64,000 nt of DNA, from the NCBI RefSeq assembly GCF_009914755.1, contig NC_060928.1. One strand, written 5' to 3'. Below the pieces are notes generated by a model. The model was not told where the DNA came from. It searched no databases and saw only the letters and a program-made list of their open reading frames with translations. Of this stretch, positions 1-14,749 are shown piece after piece. Every line of letters starts with the position of its first letter. Positions within the stretch are counted from its first letter, which is position 1. A program made the translations under genes and the position numbers. Source of the stretch: the human T2T-CHM13v2.0 reference genome, Homo sapiens.

Positions 1-1830
<1,830 letters not shown>

Positions 1831-2957
1831 TTTTCTTATGCTGCTGTTTTCAGTAACATCACTTCCCTGTAATCATTTAAAAATATGAATTAAAAAGAAG
1901 GATAATAATAGTAATGGATGCTGATCTTTTTTCATACATGATGAACTCTGGTCTTGAGGATTTTTTACATTTTTCGCGACTCTATATTATTTTGCATCCT
2001 TTTCTGTCTTCCAATGAGTATTCTTTGTCATCTCGTTTCTTATACTGCTGGGGAACTTCAACTCAGACCACAAAATGCAACAAATATGATATAGTATTTG
2101 CAACTTCTAAATGCAATGTGCACACTGATTCCCAAGTAAAATTTGCCATTGATCTAGACCCATTCTAGACATGAGGCCATGCTCCCTTCTTCCAGTGAAG
2201 ATGTGGGAACTCAGTCCCAGGCTAGATTGGTTTGGGAAGAGTGCCATTGGATTGACTAAGCACTGTTAATGTGGCATATTCCCTCAGTCCATACACTTAT
2301 ATTTGCCCCAACACCCGAAATAACCTGAGGGAAGAAGTCTTTTCACATTCTGTTTTTGGGCTGTCCTCTGGTACATGTGACTGGCAGTGACAACCTGCTT
2401 TAAAGAGACCTCCTGAGCACTGACCATGAAGATGAAATATTAGTAAATGCTATTCTAGTTATATATAATCTAGAAATAAAATGTCTGGTAAAAGTAAACC
2501 ACCTCTGGCTGAAGCCATGAAGTAATAAAGAAGCTCAGCCTTGATAGGAATTATGTTTCACAAACCCCAGGGGATGAAATTTTTCCAAAGAAATCTCAGA
2601 ATTTAGTGGGGAATGCTCATTTATCCTGCCTTCTGCCAGCCCTTTGAAAAACAGGAAACTTCTTGGATTAAGAATTTTTTTCTAATAACAAGTAAAATAT
2701 TTATGATATGAGGCTTATATATTGTTACCAAGCATTTGCTGACACTGCGTATAGTTTTAGATCGTTCTATTTCCTGAACACATGAAGGAAAGCAATATGG
2801 TAAAATACACAAATGCAACCCAAAGTATAGTCTTCCCTCACTGGGGAAATCCCTTGGAAGTACCCCTTAGCTCATATTGCCCCTCAGCGAATAATTATTG
2901 AACAGCTTCTATAAGCTGTGCTTTCTGCTGGATTGTATCAGACTTGTACCAAAATAA

Positions 2958-3410
<453 letters not shown>

Positions 3411-3451
3411 TAAAAGGCCTGCAGAGGAGCAAAGTACATGAAATTACAGCC

Positions 3452-3500
3452 TTATATGACAAAAAAAAAAGTGTCTTTATATGACAAAAAAAAAGTGTCT
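3452..3500. repeat. Tandem duplication, 25/24 bp (TTATATGAC-A10/A9-GTGTCT)
   Basis: Two adjacent copies read directly; they differ only in A-run length. Confidence 0.9.
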
Positions 3501-4163
3501 TTCTAAACCTCTTACTATGTACCTACTTGAAACTATGATAAATATGAAATTTAAAATTATCTTGGACATGGTTTGAATGACTTTTATCTGAATTTGGTTC
3601 ACCAGAAAAGGTTTTTTCCAAAACACATGTAGTATGAGCAAGCTGAGTGCTTTATTCCTAGGAGAATCTTCTCCAGAAAGCACTATGTAACATAGTGAGT
3701 CTTAATGAGGAAGGAGGTGTCCCTTGGTTGGTCTTACACATGCCACCCGAATCATGGCTAAGAGCCTCCTCTCATTTATTCATTCAGTAGTGTTATTGAA
3801 TACCTACTAAATGTATGGTATTATCTAGGCTCTGGGTGGGAGAGTTCCTGGGCTTAGGAATTTAAAATCTTTTATTTCATAAATTGGGTATAAATAAAAG
3901 TGATTTGGTGACTGCCTTCACTTTGTGAAAATCCATCAAGCTGCATTAAGATTTATGCCCTTTTCTGTATTGTGTTATATGTCAAGAAAAAGTTCCTCCT
4001 AAAAGTGCTTTGGGAATTGAAAACTGGAAGACATTATTTCCAGCTGAGAAAACAAGGTAATACCTCTGCAAGGAAGCTAATTTTCTGGCTTTATATTATA
4101 TTGTTACTGAAAGTTCGTCATTGTCAGGGTCATATTTTTTTATTTTCAGGTAAGCAGATGATG

Positions 4164-4430
4164 TCATCATCATCATCATCATCATCCCCACAGCAGCTAC
4201 TACATATTAAGAACTTATTATGTACCAAAGCCAGGTGCCATCTGAGTTCTTCGTGCATACTAACCTACTTATTCTTCATAGTAGCCCTGTGAAGTAGGTT
4301 ACTGTTACTATCTCCATTTGACAGAGACAGAAGTTGTGACACAGTGAGGCTGAAAATTTGTCCAAGGTCATTCAGCTAAATAAGTGGTGAAGCCAGGAGA
4401 CAAACTGCTCAGTCCAGACTTCTTATTTGG
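4164..4430 (-). mobile_element. (TCA)n microsatellite followed by MIR
   Basis: (TCA)n at ~4164-4186, then MIR core-like text (ccctgtgaagtagg...ccatttgacaga...ttgtccaaggtca). Confidence 0.7.
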
Positions 4431-4451
4431 ATAAGTCTCTTAGCCAAACAG

Positions 4452-5134
4452 TAGCAGTTCTCAAAGTGTGGTCCAGGAACCCTTGTGGGTCCCAAGACGT
4501 TTTCAAGCAGTCTTCAAGGTCAATACTATATTCATAATCATATGAAGACATTATTTGCTTTTTTCACTCTCGTTCTCTCAAGAGTGCACAGTGGAATTTT
4601 CCACAGGCTATGTGATGTATGCTATCACAATGGACTCAATGCAGAAGTGGATACAAGTCTCCAGCCATCTTCTGTTAAGCCAGACGCTGCAGATATTTAC
4701 AAAAATGGAAAACAATACCATTTTTCCCACAAATTTTTTTGTTTTTCACAATATATTTATTTTCATAAATTACATTATTCACATTAACATTTAATGGGCT
4801 TATTACTGCTTTTAATAAATTAAATACTTTAAAATTTTTATCCGTTCTAATTTTTAAAAATTTGATTAAATACTAATTTTAAAATTTTTTGTAGAGACAG
4901 AGTCTCGCTATGTTTCCCAGGCTGGTCTTAACTCCTGGCCTCGAGTAATCCTCCAGCCTTGGCCTCCCAAAGTGCTGGGATTATAGGCATACGCCACTGC
5001 ACCCAGCCTAGTTTCAATTTTTAATATAAGAAATATCTATAAATATAACCCACATACACGAAAGCTCTTTTGGAGTCCTCAATAATTTTTAAAGATTATA
5101 ACGGGGTCCTGATATAAAAATGTTTGAGCACCAC
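4452..5134. mobile_element. hAT-Charlie DNA transposon (MER119-like) with a nested Alu monomer at ~4880-5008 (-)
   Basis: Terminal inverted-repeat-like ends cagttctcaaagtgtgg ... gtttgagcaccacag. The internal text resembles the recalled MER119 consensus. Confidence 0.6.
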
Positions 5135-5399
5135 AGCCCTATACTGTACTGCCTTGGGGCAGTGGATACCCAAAAGCTGGTTTTATGGTTATAGAAGCAG
5201 CTTAGAAGTCAGCTCCATTTCTGAGACCTGTCACATAAAAATGTGTCCTTCCTTTTCTCCTGTGAAGCTGGACTTAATAATGCTGACATTCTGGGGTGGC
5301 TCTCATTTAATTATGAGAGACTGCAAGGCAAGTGCTTAGTGTAGAGTAAGCCCTCAACCCATGGCCCAGAACCAGGAACTTTTCTTGTGTCATCCACAG

Positions 5400-5551
5400 G
5401 TGATGGAATTTTACTGCCAGTCCTGTGAGACTGCCATGTGTCGGGAGTGCACGGAGGGGGAGCACGCAGAGCACCCCACAGTTCCACTCAAGGATGTGGT
5501 GGAACAGCACAAGGCCTCGCTCCAGGTCCAGCTGGATGCTGTCAACAAAAG
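5400..5551 (+). CDS. TRIM2: TRIM2 coding exon: B-box 2 and start of coiled coil ([30 protein letters not shown]...AVNKR)
   Basis: Acceptor catccacag|GTG, donor AAAAG|gtgggg, 152 nt. B-box Cys/His pattern; peptide recognised as TRIM2. Confidence 0.96.
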
Positions 5552-6254
5552 GTGGGGGACCCCTCCCCAAACCCCCAACTGGCTGCCTGTACTTGAGGCC
5601 TGGCCTCATGGCCTCTTGTCTAGGTACAAGAGTAGGTTCATATTTCCCTTGAGATATCAGGCTTTGTGGGTAAATAAGTTCTTTTATCATGGATTTGTTG
5701 TCATAAACTAATGAGTGAGGAAGGTTGTCTTCTGCCTGTTGGTAGAACTCCAGCCTCCTTATGAGTGGCATTTTTGTTTTAGTACCTAAGTATGATTACA
5801 TGAATTAAAGTACACTCAAATAAACTGCTCTCAGGAGAGTTCTGAAATTCATCCCTGAAACCAGGCTCTCTGAGGAGCCTTCCTTATCTGCTGTTCCTGA
5901 CACACATACAGGCCATTTTGTTGGCTGTGATTGGCTCCTTTCTGTCTGAGCTCTGCAAAATGGTCTTGAGCAGTGATTGCTAATTTTCCTTGTTTTCCTG
6001 CTTCCAAGTTCCTTCTTTGGCACAGAAATGAAAGAACAGAGTAGCTGAGTGGTGCATGAAAAAGACCAAAGAGAGGAAATGAGAAGCCAGCAGAAAAGCA
6101 GACAAAATAAATCTCTCCACTGATAGCTGTAGTGAGAAAAGTGTGGTTGTTCTATAGTAATTCAAAGAACTTGGAAACTTACGAGAAGTTCTCAAGAAAC
6201 TGGGTTTGGATAAATGTTTTATGTGGCTAGGGTAAAAGATACAGCTATCTAGAA

Positions 6255-6445
6255 TAGTGGTTCTCAGCCATTCGGCAATGCCTGGAGACATTTTTGGTAT
6301 CACAACTGTGTGTTTTGGCAGGGGGTTGGGGAGAGGGAGGCAGGGCGGGGAGAGCTATTGGTATCTGGTAGAGGACAGGCTGCTGTTAAACATCATACAA
6401 TGCACCAGACGGCCCCTGCAACGAAGAATTAACCTGGCCAGAATG
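6255..6445. mobile_element. MER20 (hAT-Charlie)
   Basis: Begins tagtggttctcagcc; contains ggcaatgcctggagacatttttggt and aaacatcatacaatgcac, as in MER20. Confidence 0.75.
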
Positions 6446-6723
6446 GCTTTTCAGAGAGCTTCAAGTCTATACACTTAATTAATTATTAAAATTGGACAAT
6501 TGATGGTAGATTGAAATTGACAATTTTGATTGTCTCTGAAGAGACAAAAATCTCTTCTCTCTAAGGCAGTAATTATGTCATATCTTATTCTGTTCTCTGG
6601 TTATTGTTTTTTTAAAGATGATGAAAGGCATAGAATTTTTTTAAACAAAATGTAGTGTTTAGATAGATTTTGGAATATTTCTGGGTTGAGGTTAAATAAC
6701 GACCTTTAACAACTGTCCACCAG

Positions 6724-6904
6724 GCTCCCAGAAATAGATTCTGCTCTTCAGTTCATCTCTGAAATCATTCATCAGTTAACCAACCAAAAGGCCAGCATCG
6801 TGGATGACATTCATTCCACCTTTGATGAGCTCCAGAAGACTTTAAATGTGCGCAAGAGTGTGCTGCTTATGGAATTGGAGGTCAACTATGGCCTCAAACA
6901 CAAA
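6724..6904 (+). CDS. TRIM2: TRIM2 coding exon: coiled coil (LPEIDSALQFISEIIHQL...NYGLKHK)
   Basis: ccaccag|G CTC CCA ... CAC AAA|gtaaga, 181 nt, phase 2->0. Continues the frame of the previous exon. Confidence 0.96.
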
Positions 6905-7731
6905 GTAAGACCAGAATCATTACAGATGTCCTGGAAGAGACATGATATCCAAGGGCACTAGCTTATTGTTTCCTAATAGCAACAAGGGGTCCTTAAGTGT
7001 CATCATTGTATAGTAAACTATAGTTTTCACTGAATGTAATATCCAGCTATTTTTTCCCCTATTTTCAGCAAAATTCGATGACTCTGTGACTTTAAGTACT
7101 AGTTTATAATTTGACAAGAGGCAAGGTTGAATATAATGTAATGCTTTTAGCATTTAGAGTTAAACTGGATTGTTTTCATTCCTCAGTTATAACATGAAAT
7201 AGTTTCTTAATTGCTCTCTCACCCACACCAACCTGTTAGTCAGCTTCAAAATGAACCCTGACTGCAGCCTTTGTTTAACTCTGCATGTCTGTTCACAAAA
7301 CAGGGATGAGAAACCTCTGATGTTCAGGTGTGGAGAGTTTTCATTTGTTTACTTCCTGTTCCTTTAGGTGGTGATGGACATGGGGACATGGGGAAAGATA
7401 CTGAATAATGAATATTTCAGATGTCAGGCATAGCAATTAATTTGCTATGCTCTTGGTAGTGACCTTTCTGTTTTCCCCTCTCCAAAACACATGAGCCAAG
7501 AAATACATGTGTGGAAGAGAGGGCGAGGCGGAAGGGAAACCTCGAAAAGGTACTGGGAATGCAGTTTAGGACTTTGCGTTAGCACTGGGTTCCCTGGGTT
7601 GACAAACACCGCTTGCTCAGAGCCACCTGCGTGGGCAGGTGTAGAGTCTCCTTCTCGCCGGTGGAGGGCACTGCCCCGGGCTAGGCCCCGCCCTGTGGGA
7701 CGAGCTCACCAGGCCTCCGGTTTTCCCGCAG

Positions 7732-8455
7732 GTCCTCCAGTCGCAGCTGGATACTCTGCTCCAGGGGCAGGAGAGCATTAAGAGCTGCAGCAACTTCACA
7801 GCGCAGGCCCTCAACCATGGCACGGAGACCGAGGTCCTACTGGTGAAGAAGCAGATGAGCGAGAAGCTGAACGAGCTGGCCGACCAGGACTTCCCCTTGC
7901 ACCCGCGGGAGAACGACCAGCTGGATTTCATCGTGGAAACCGAGGGGCTGAAGAAGTCCATCCACAACCTCGGGACAATCTTAACCACCAACGCCGTTGC
8001 CTCAGAGACAGTGGCCACGGGCGAGGGGCTGCGGCAGACCATCATCGGGCAGCCCATGTCCGTCACCATCACCACCAAGGACAAAGACGGTGAGCTGTGC
8101 AAAACCGGCAACGCCTACCTCACCGCCGAACTGAGCACCCCCGACGGGAGCGTGGCAGACGGGGAGATCCTGGACAACAAGAACGGCACCTATGAGTTTT
8201 TGTACACTGTCCAGAAGGAAGGGGACTTTACCCTGTCTCTGAGACTCTATGACCAGCACATCCGAGGCAGCCCGTTTAAGCTGAAAGTGATCCGATCCGC
8301 TGATGTGTCTCCCACCACAGAAGGCGTGAAGAGGCGCGTTAAGTCCCCGGGGAGCGGCCACGTCAAGCAGAAAGCTGTGAAAAGACCCGCAAGCATGTAC
8401 AGCACTGGAAAACGAAAAGAGAATCCCATCGAAGACGATTTGATCTTTCGAGTGG
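7732..8455 (+). CDS. TRIM2: TRIM2 coding exon: end of coiled coil, filamin/Ig-like repeat, linker (VLQSQLD...DDLIFRV)
   Basis: ttttcccgcag|GTC ... GTG G|gtaagg, 724 nt. The ORF track shows filamin motifs (DNKNGTYEFLY...HIRGSPF). Confidence 0.97.
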
Positions 8456-10109
8456 GTAAGGAGAGGGCTTCTGTGCCCGACGCCTGAGCTGGCACTGGTT
8501 AAGGGGTAACTGGGCACGTGTCATTGCAAATAGCAACACTGCAGCCCAGAACTCTACCTGCAGGTGTTAGGAGATGTACTGCTATAAAATTTGATATATT
8601 TTGTTAGTCGAGCTTATGCAGTCTCCTCCAGAGATGGTATTTCCTTCTCCTCCGCCTCTAGTCTCCTCCCTACTCCCTCCTTTCTCTTCTTCCTCTTCCT
8701 TAAGACACAAGTGCTGCATATTCATTGTAGGAAATTACAAGCTGAAAATAAGCAAAAAGAGAAATAGAAAAATCATAGCACCCGTAATCTGAAAATCTTG
8801 AAGGAAAAATTGGCAATCCTCCCCCTAACCCCCACCACCAACGCCCCTCTTCCCTGGGAGGGTCTTCTTGTGCCAGAGCTGAGGCTGTACGGTTGGCAGA
8901 GCATGTGATGCCTCCCTGTCACTGCATCGGCATTGCAGGAGGGAGGGGATGTGTGCATTGCAAGTTGCAACCACCTCCAGCTGTGTGTAGCTGGAGAGCA
9001 GCCCCAAGGAGAGGAGGAGGGGTGGAAACTTGGAGAAAGAATGGGGTTGAGGCGGGGTTGGGGTGGAAGCAAGAAGGTACCCGATGAGCCAAGAGAGTTA
9101 GGAATGCAAATAGCCCTTCCCTCCTCTGATTTATGGTCTCTCTCTTTTTAAACTTTCTATGTTCTCAGTAGAAAGCAACTAAATGTAAACAGCAAAGGGC
9201 TTGATGATTCTTAAGGGAGAAAAGTCTGCATTTTAGTTAGCTTCAAAAAGTAGCTCCAGCAGACTTCTTTTCCTCCCTCTTCCATTTAACAATGCAGTAT
9301 CTCTGAAAGAGTGCTGCACTGTATATTAGCTGGCACATGTAGAAAAACAATTCTATGGTTCAGATAAATTTGGGAAACCTTAGGCTAAATGAAGGAAGTG
9401 GACTTTTTTAAATTGCAGAACTTCTTAAAACCTTTAGAATCTGCTGATGTACATTGTAGGTCTCTGAGGCAGGAGAGGGATAGATAACAGGCAGCACATC
9501 CAAACTTCCAACCATAGAACTTTTTCCATGGAACGTCTTGGGAAATGAAGGCTCTGTGGAACGTTCTTGGGCAGAGCTGCTCAATGTTAATGCTTCAGGC
9601 TGAATCTTCGCAAAGACGGTGATATGATATGTAACTTGTCTGTTCAGAGCATGGAAGCCCTCATACATTCACGGCCAGATGTGCGATATGGGTGCAGGGG
9701 TTGTTGATTCTCCACCAGAGCAGAGTGGACGAGCTTGGGTGGATGCAGGACTGGGAGGCGCCCAGGTCTGCCACTCCGGTTCAGCCACTTACTTGAGCCT
9801 TGGGCAAATCTTTCAGCTTCCCTGTACTTCAACTTCTATGTCCATGAAATGAAAATGCAAAAATATCTGCTTATCAGAACTATTCTAAGTTCCAAGCTGA
9901 ATGCCTGACATGTAGGAGGAGCTAAATGAATGAGAGCTATTGTTTTTGTACATGTAATTGTTAAGGCTTTTAGATTATCCCTACTACCTTTTCTTTTCAA
10001 AAAACCTGCTGGCTCCCCACTGATCTCTTGCATTACGAACAAATTCATTTTCCCATTTAAACCTCCATCCCCCACACCTCCCACCAAGTGACCCCAGTCT
10101 ACTCCCCTA

Positions 10110-10345
10110 GGCCATGTGCAGTGAAAGACTCAGAACTGGAATTGGGCAGATCTGGGTTGGAATCTTGATTCTTCTCACCAGCTGGGCAACTGGCTTACTT
10201 ACCCTTTTTGAACAGTGTTTTCTCCTCTGTAAAACAAAGGGAATGAAATATTACCTAAATCTTAAGGTTGCTGTTGGGGGTGAAATGAGAGAATTCTTGT
10301 AATATACGTGGCATGTGCCTGTGTACAGCAAGAGCTCAATTAATG
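10110..10345 (+). mobile_element. MIR
   Basis: MIR-core-like text (gggcaactggcttacttaccct...tttctcctctgtaaaacaaagggaatg). Confidence 0.6.
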
Positions 10346-10658
10346 GTAGCTAAGATTTTACTCTTGTTATTCATCATCATCATCATCATAATCATCATCA
10401 CCTCTGATACCCACTTGAGGAAAGAGACATGTCTTTCAGGAGTTTCCTGTGCTCAAACTATATTGGTTTTGATTCTCCAGATCCCACCCCAGGGACAAGG
10501 GGGTATATCTTCTCCCCTCGTACCTACTGAGAAATGCAGCCATAGTGATGTATTGGCACTGCTGGAAAGGTGTTGAAATGTGTAAACATTTGTGAAGAAC
10601 TTAGAACAGTGCCTGGCATGCAGCACGATGTCTGAGTTTATCAATGAAGTAAAGATGC

Positions 10659-10992
10659 TGTCTTAGTTTGCTAAGGCTGCCATAACAAAATTCCACAGTC
10701 TGAGTGACTTAAATGATAGACATTTATTTTCTCACAGTTCTGAAAAACTGGAACTGTTTTAGAGTTAGAAGTCCAAAATCCAGGTGCTGGGAGGGTGGGT
10801 TTCCTCTGAGGCCTCTGTCCTTGCAGATGGCCACCTTCTTGCCTCTTTGTCCTCACATAGTCATCTCTTTGTGGCTCAGCCCCTATTGTCTCTTCCTCTT
10901 CTTATAAGAACACCAATCATACTGAATTAGGGCCCCGCTTTAACAGCCTCATTTTAATTTAATCACCCCTTCAAAGACCTAATCTCCAAATA
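10659..10992 (-). mobile_element. MaLR LTR (MLT1-type), partial
   Basis: tgtcttagtttgctaaggctgccataacaaa...ttcttataagaacaccaatcat...ctaatctccaaata, typical antisense MLT1. Confidence 0.8.
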
Positions 10993-11054
10993 TGTATATA
11001 TTCATGGTGTACAACATGATGTTTTGATATATGCATACCTTATTGAATGGCTAA

Positions 11055-11457
<403 letters not shown>

Positions 11458-11953
11458 ATAATATATTAACTATAGTCACCATGATTTACAATAGTTCTCT
11501 TGAACTTATCCCTCTTATTTAACTAAATTTTTCTGTCTTTTGATCAACATCTCTCCAGTCCTTTTACCCCCACCCTCCCCAGCCTCTGGTATCCACTATT
11601 TTACTGTCTGTTGCTATGAATTCAACATTTTTAGATTCCTCATATAAGTGAGATCATGTATTATTTGTCTTTCTGTGCCTGGCATAATGTCCTCCAGGTT
11701 CACCCATATTGTCACAAATGACAGGATTTCCTCAATTTTTGAAGCTGAATAGTATTCCATTGTGTGTGTATGTGTATATATATATATACACACAGTGAAA
11801 GACTGTGTATATATATACCACATTTTCTTTATCTATTCATTTGTTGATGGACACTTAGGTTGATTCCATATCTTGGCTATTGTGAACAGTGCTGCAGTGA
11901 AACATGAGGATGCAGATATCTCTTTGACATCTTGACTTCAGTTTCTTTAGATA

Positions 11954-12510
11954 TGTTAGATACAGTGAGTTCTAGATTTCTTTTCAAAGAATCAGTATGT
12001 CAGTATGTTCAGTTCTTTGTCCTCCATTTTAAAGTTTAACTTCCTTGTAGTTTCAGTAAACAACTTTTTCCATCAGTTTTAATCGGTAGTTCACATTTGT
12101 TCCCCTGGTCACCTGCTCTGTCCTGACTCATCCCTATCACCTGCTTTGACCCGAGTCACCCCTGGTCACCTGCTCTGACCTAAGTCACCTTTAGTTACCT
12201 GTTCCTAACCATCCTTCCCACAAACTACTCACCCCACCACTCTGGCTCATACCTGTACTCTCTTTAAAATAGCCAGTCGGAATTAGCTTAGACTGTGTGG
12301 TCCAACCCTAGCCAATAGGTGAACAACACAGCAGTAGGAGCTACCTGCGTCAGGAATAAGAACCCCTTCCCTCCCTTGTCCAGGTGTGCTCTCACCATTA
12401 CTCCGTTTGCAAGTCGCACCCTTCTATAGAAGTAAAAATTGCCTTGCTGAGAAAATTAAATTTATGTTTGAGTGCTATTTCTTTGCGGCACCGAAAATTT
12501 GTTTCTAACA
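11954..12510 (+). mobile_element. Solo ERV1 LTR, LTR10 family (LTR10A-like)
   Basis: Inverted termini TGTTAGA...TCTAACA. 4-bp TSD GATA (11950-11953, 12511-12514). Internal ~28-bp tandem units with TGACTCA, CCAAT near 12312, AGTAAA near 12431. Confidence 0.85.
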
Positions 12511-12677
12511 GATATATACCCAGTACTGGGATTGCTGGTTCATATGATAATTGTATTTTTAATTTTTTGAAGAACTTCTATACTGTTTTCCATAATGGCT
12601 GTACTAATTTACATTCCCACCAACCTGTGCCAGGGTTCACTGTCTCCACATCTCTGCCAACACTTGATATCTTTTGT

Positions 12678-12875
12678 CTTTTTTTTGAGACAGAGTCTTG
12701 CTCTGTTTCCCCAGGCTGGAGTACAATGGCGAGATCATGGCTCGTTTCCCCAGGCTGGAGTACAATGGCGAGGTCATGGCTCACTGCAACCTCAACCTCC
12801 AGATGCTCCCACTTCAGCCTCTCAAGTAGCTGGGACCACAGATATGTGCCGCCATACCTGACTAATTTTTTCTTT
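12678..12875 (-). mobile_element. Alu right-arm fragment with an internal 39-bp tandem duplication
   Basis: 12705-12743 is repeated at 12744-12782 with one mismatch. Confidence 0.88.
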
Positions 12876-12968
12876 TGTGTTTTTGGTAATAGCCATTCTA
12901 ACACGTATGAGGTATTATCTCATTGTGGTTTTAATTTTCATATCCGCGATGATTAGTGATGTTCAACA

Positions 12969-13218
12969 TTTTTTTTTTTGAGACAGATTCTTACTCTGTC
13001 GCCAGGCTGGTGTGCAGTGGCGTGATCTCAGCTTACTGTAACCTCTGCCTCCCAGTTTTAAGCTTCCCAAGTAGCTGAGACTACAGGCACGCACTAGCAC
13101 ACCCAGCTAATTTTTGTATTTTTAGTAGAGACAGGGTTTCACCATGTTGGCCAGGATGGTCTTGATCTCTTGACCTTGTGATCCACCCACCTCAGCCTCC
13201 CAAAGTGCTGAGATTACA
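12969..13218 (-). mobile_element. Alu (AluS-type, internally deleted)
   Basis: Antisense Alu text from poly(T) to ...gagattaca. Confidence 0.9.
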
Positions 13219-13327
13219 TTTTTTATATACTGGTTGGCCATTTGTATGTCTTCTTTTGATAAATGTCTATTCAGGTTCTTTGCCTTTTTTTTTTTAATTT
13301 TATTTTTATTTTAAAAGTAGACATGGG

Positions 13328-13623
<296 letters not shown>

Positions 13624-14749
13624 AGACATGGGGTCTCACCTTGTTGCCCAGGCTGAATACAAACTCTGGGCTCAATAGGCTCAAGTGGTTCTCCCATCTC
13701 AACCTCTGGAGTAGCTGGAACTATAGGTATGCACACCACACCCAGCCAACCTTTGCCTATTTTAAAATCAGGCTATTTTTTTCATTCTATTGAGTTGTTT
13801 GAATTTCTTGTGTATTTTAGATATTAACCTCTTATCAAGATGTAATATTCTCCCATTCTGTAGGTTTTCTCTTCACTCTGGTGATCCTTTGCTGTACAGC
13901 TTTTTAGTTTGATGTAATTCCATGTATCCATTTTTGCTTTTGTTGCCTGTGCTTTCACATTCATATTCAAAAAATCGTTGCCCAGAACAGTGTCATGGAG
14001 CTTTTTCCCTATGTTTTCTGCTAGTGGTTTTACAGTTCCAGGTGTTATGTTTAAGTCTTTAATCCAGTTTGAGTTGATTTTTGTATATGGTGTGAGATGA
14101 AAGTCTGATTTCATTGTTCTGCATGTAGACATGCAGTTTTCCTAGCACCATGTATTGAAGAGACTGATCTTTCCTCATTTTGTGCTGTTGGCATCTTTGT
14201 TGAAAATCAACTATAAATGTATGGATTTATTTCTGAGCTCTCTATTCTGTACCAGTGGTCTATGTTTTTAAGCCAGTACCATGCTGTTTTGATTACTATA
14301 GCTTTGAAGTCAATTTTGAAATAAGATGGTGTGATGCCACCAGCTTTGTTCTTTTGGCTTAACATTGCTTTGGCTATTTGGGAGTTTTTGTGATTCCATA
14401 CGAATTTTAGGATTGCTTTTTCTATTTCTGTGAAAAAATGTCATTGATATTTTGATAGCAGTTGCATTTTAGATCACTTGGGGGTATGGGCATTTTATTA
14501 ATATTCTTCCAATCTATGAACATGAGCCATCTTTTTATTTATTTATGTTGTCTTCGGTTTTTTTCATCAATGTCTTATAGTTTTCTGTGTACAGATCTTT
14601 TACCTCCTTGGTTAAATTCATCCCTACATTGTTGTTGTTGTTAGTTTTTTTCTTTTTCTTGCATTCGTCTTTAACTTTACATTCAAATCCAGTATCTAGT
14701 CAAAAGACAACACTCACTATGCAATAATATACCTCAAAAAACATTTCTA

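Noticed and set aside
5552-5711. ORF 5361-5711 continues past the B-box exon (…[13 protein letters not shown]…)
   Set aside because: Read-through into the intron after the donor at 5552. The TRIM2 frame resumes properly at 6724.
6700-6723. CCTTTAAC close to the acceptor resembles a U12 branch point
   Set aside because: The matching donor is GTGGGG, not the U12 consensus RTATCCTT, so a minor-class intron is unsupported.
7617-8517. Minus-strand ORFs of 164, 171 and 82 aa
   Set aside because: Antisense shadows of the GC-rich TRIM2 exon; no recognisable protein features.
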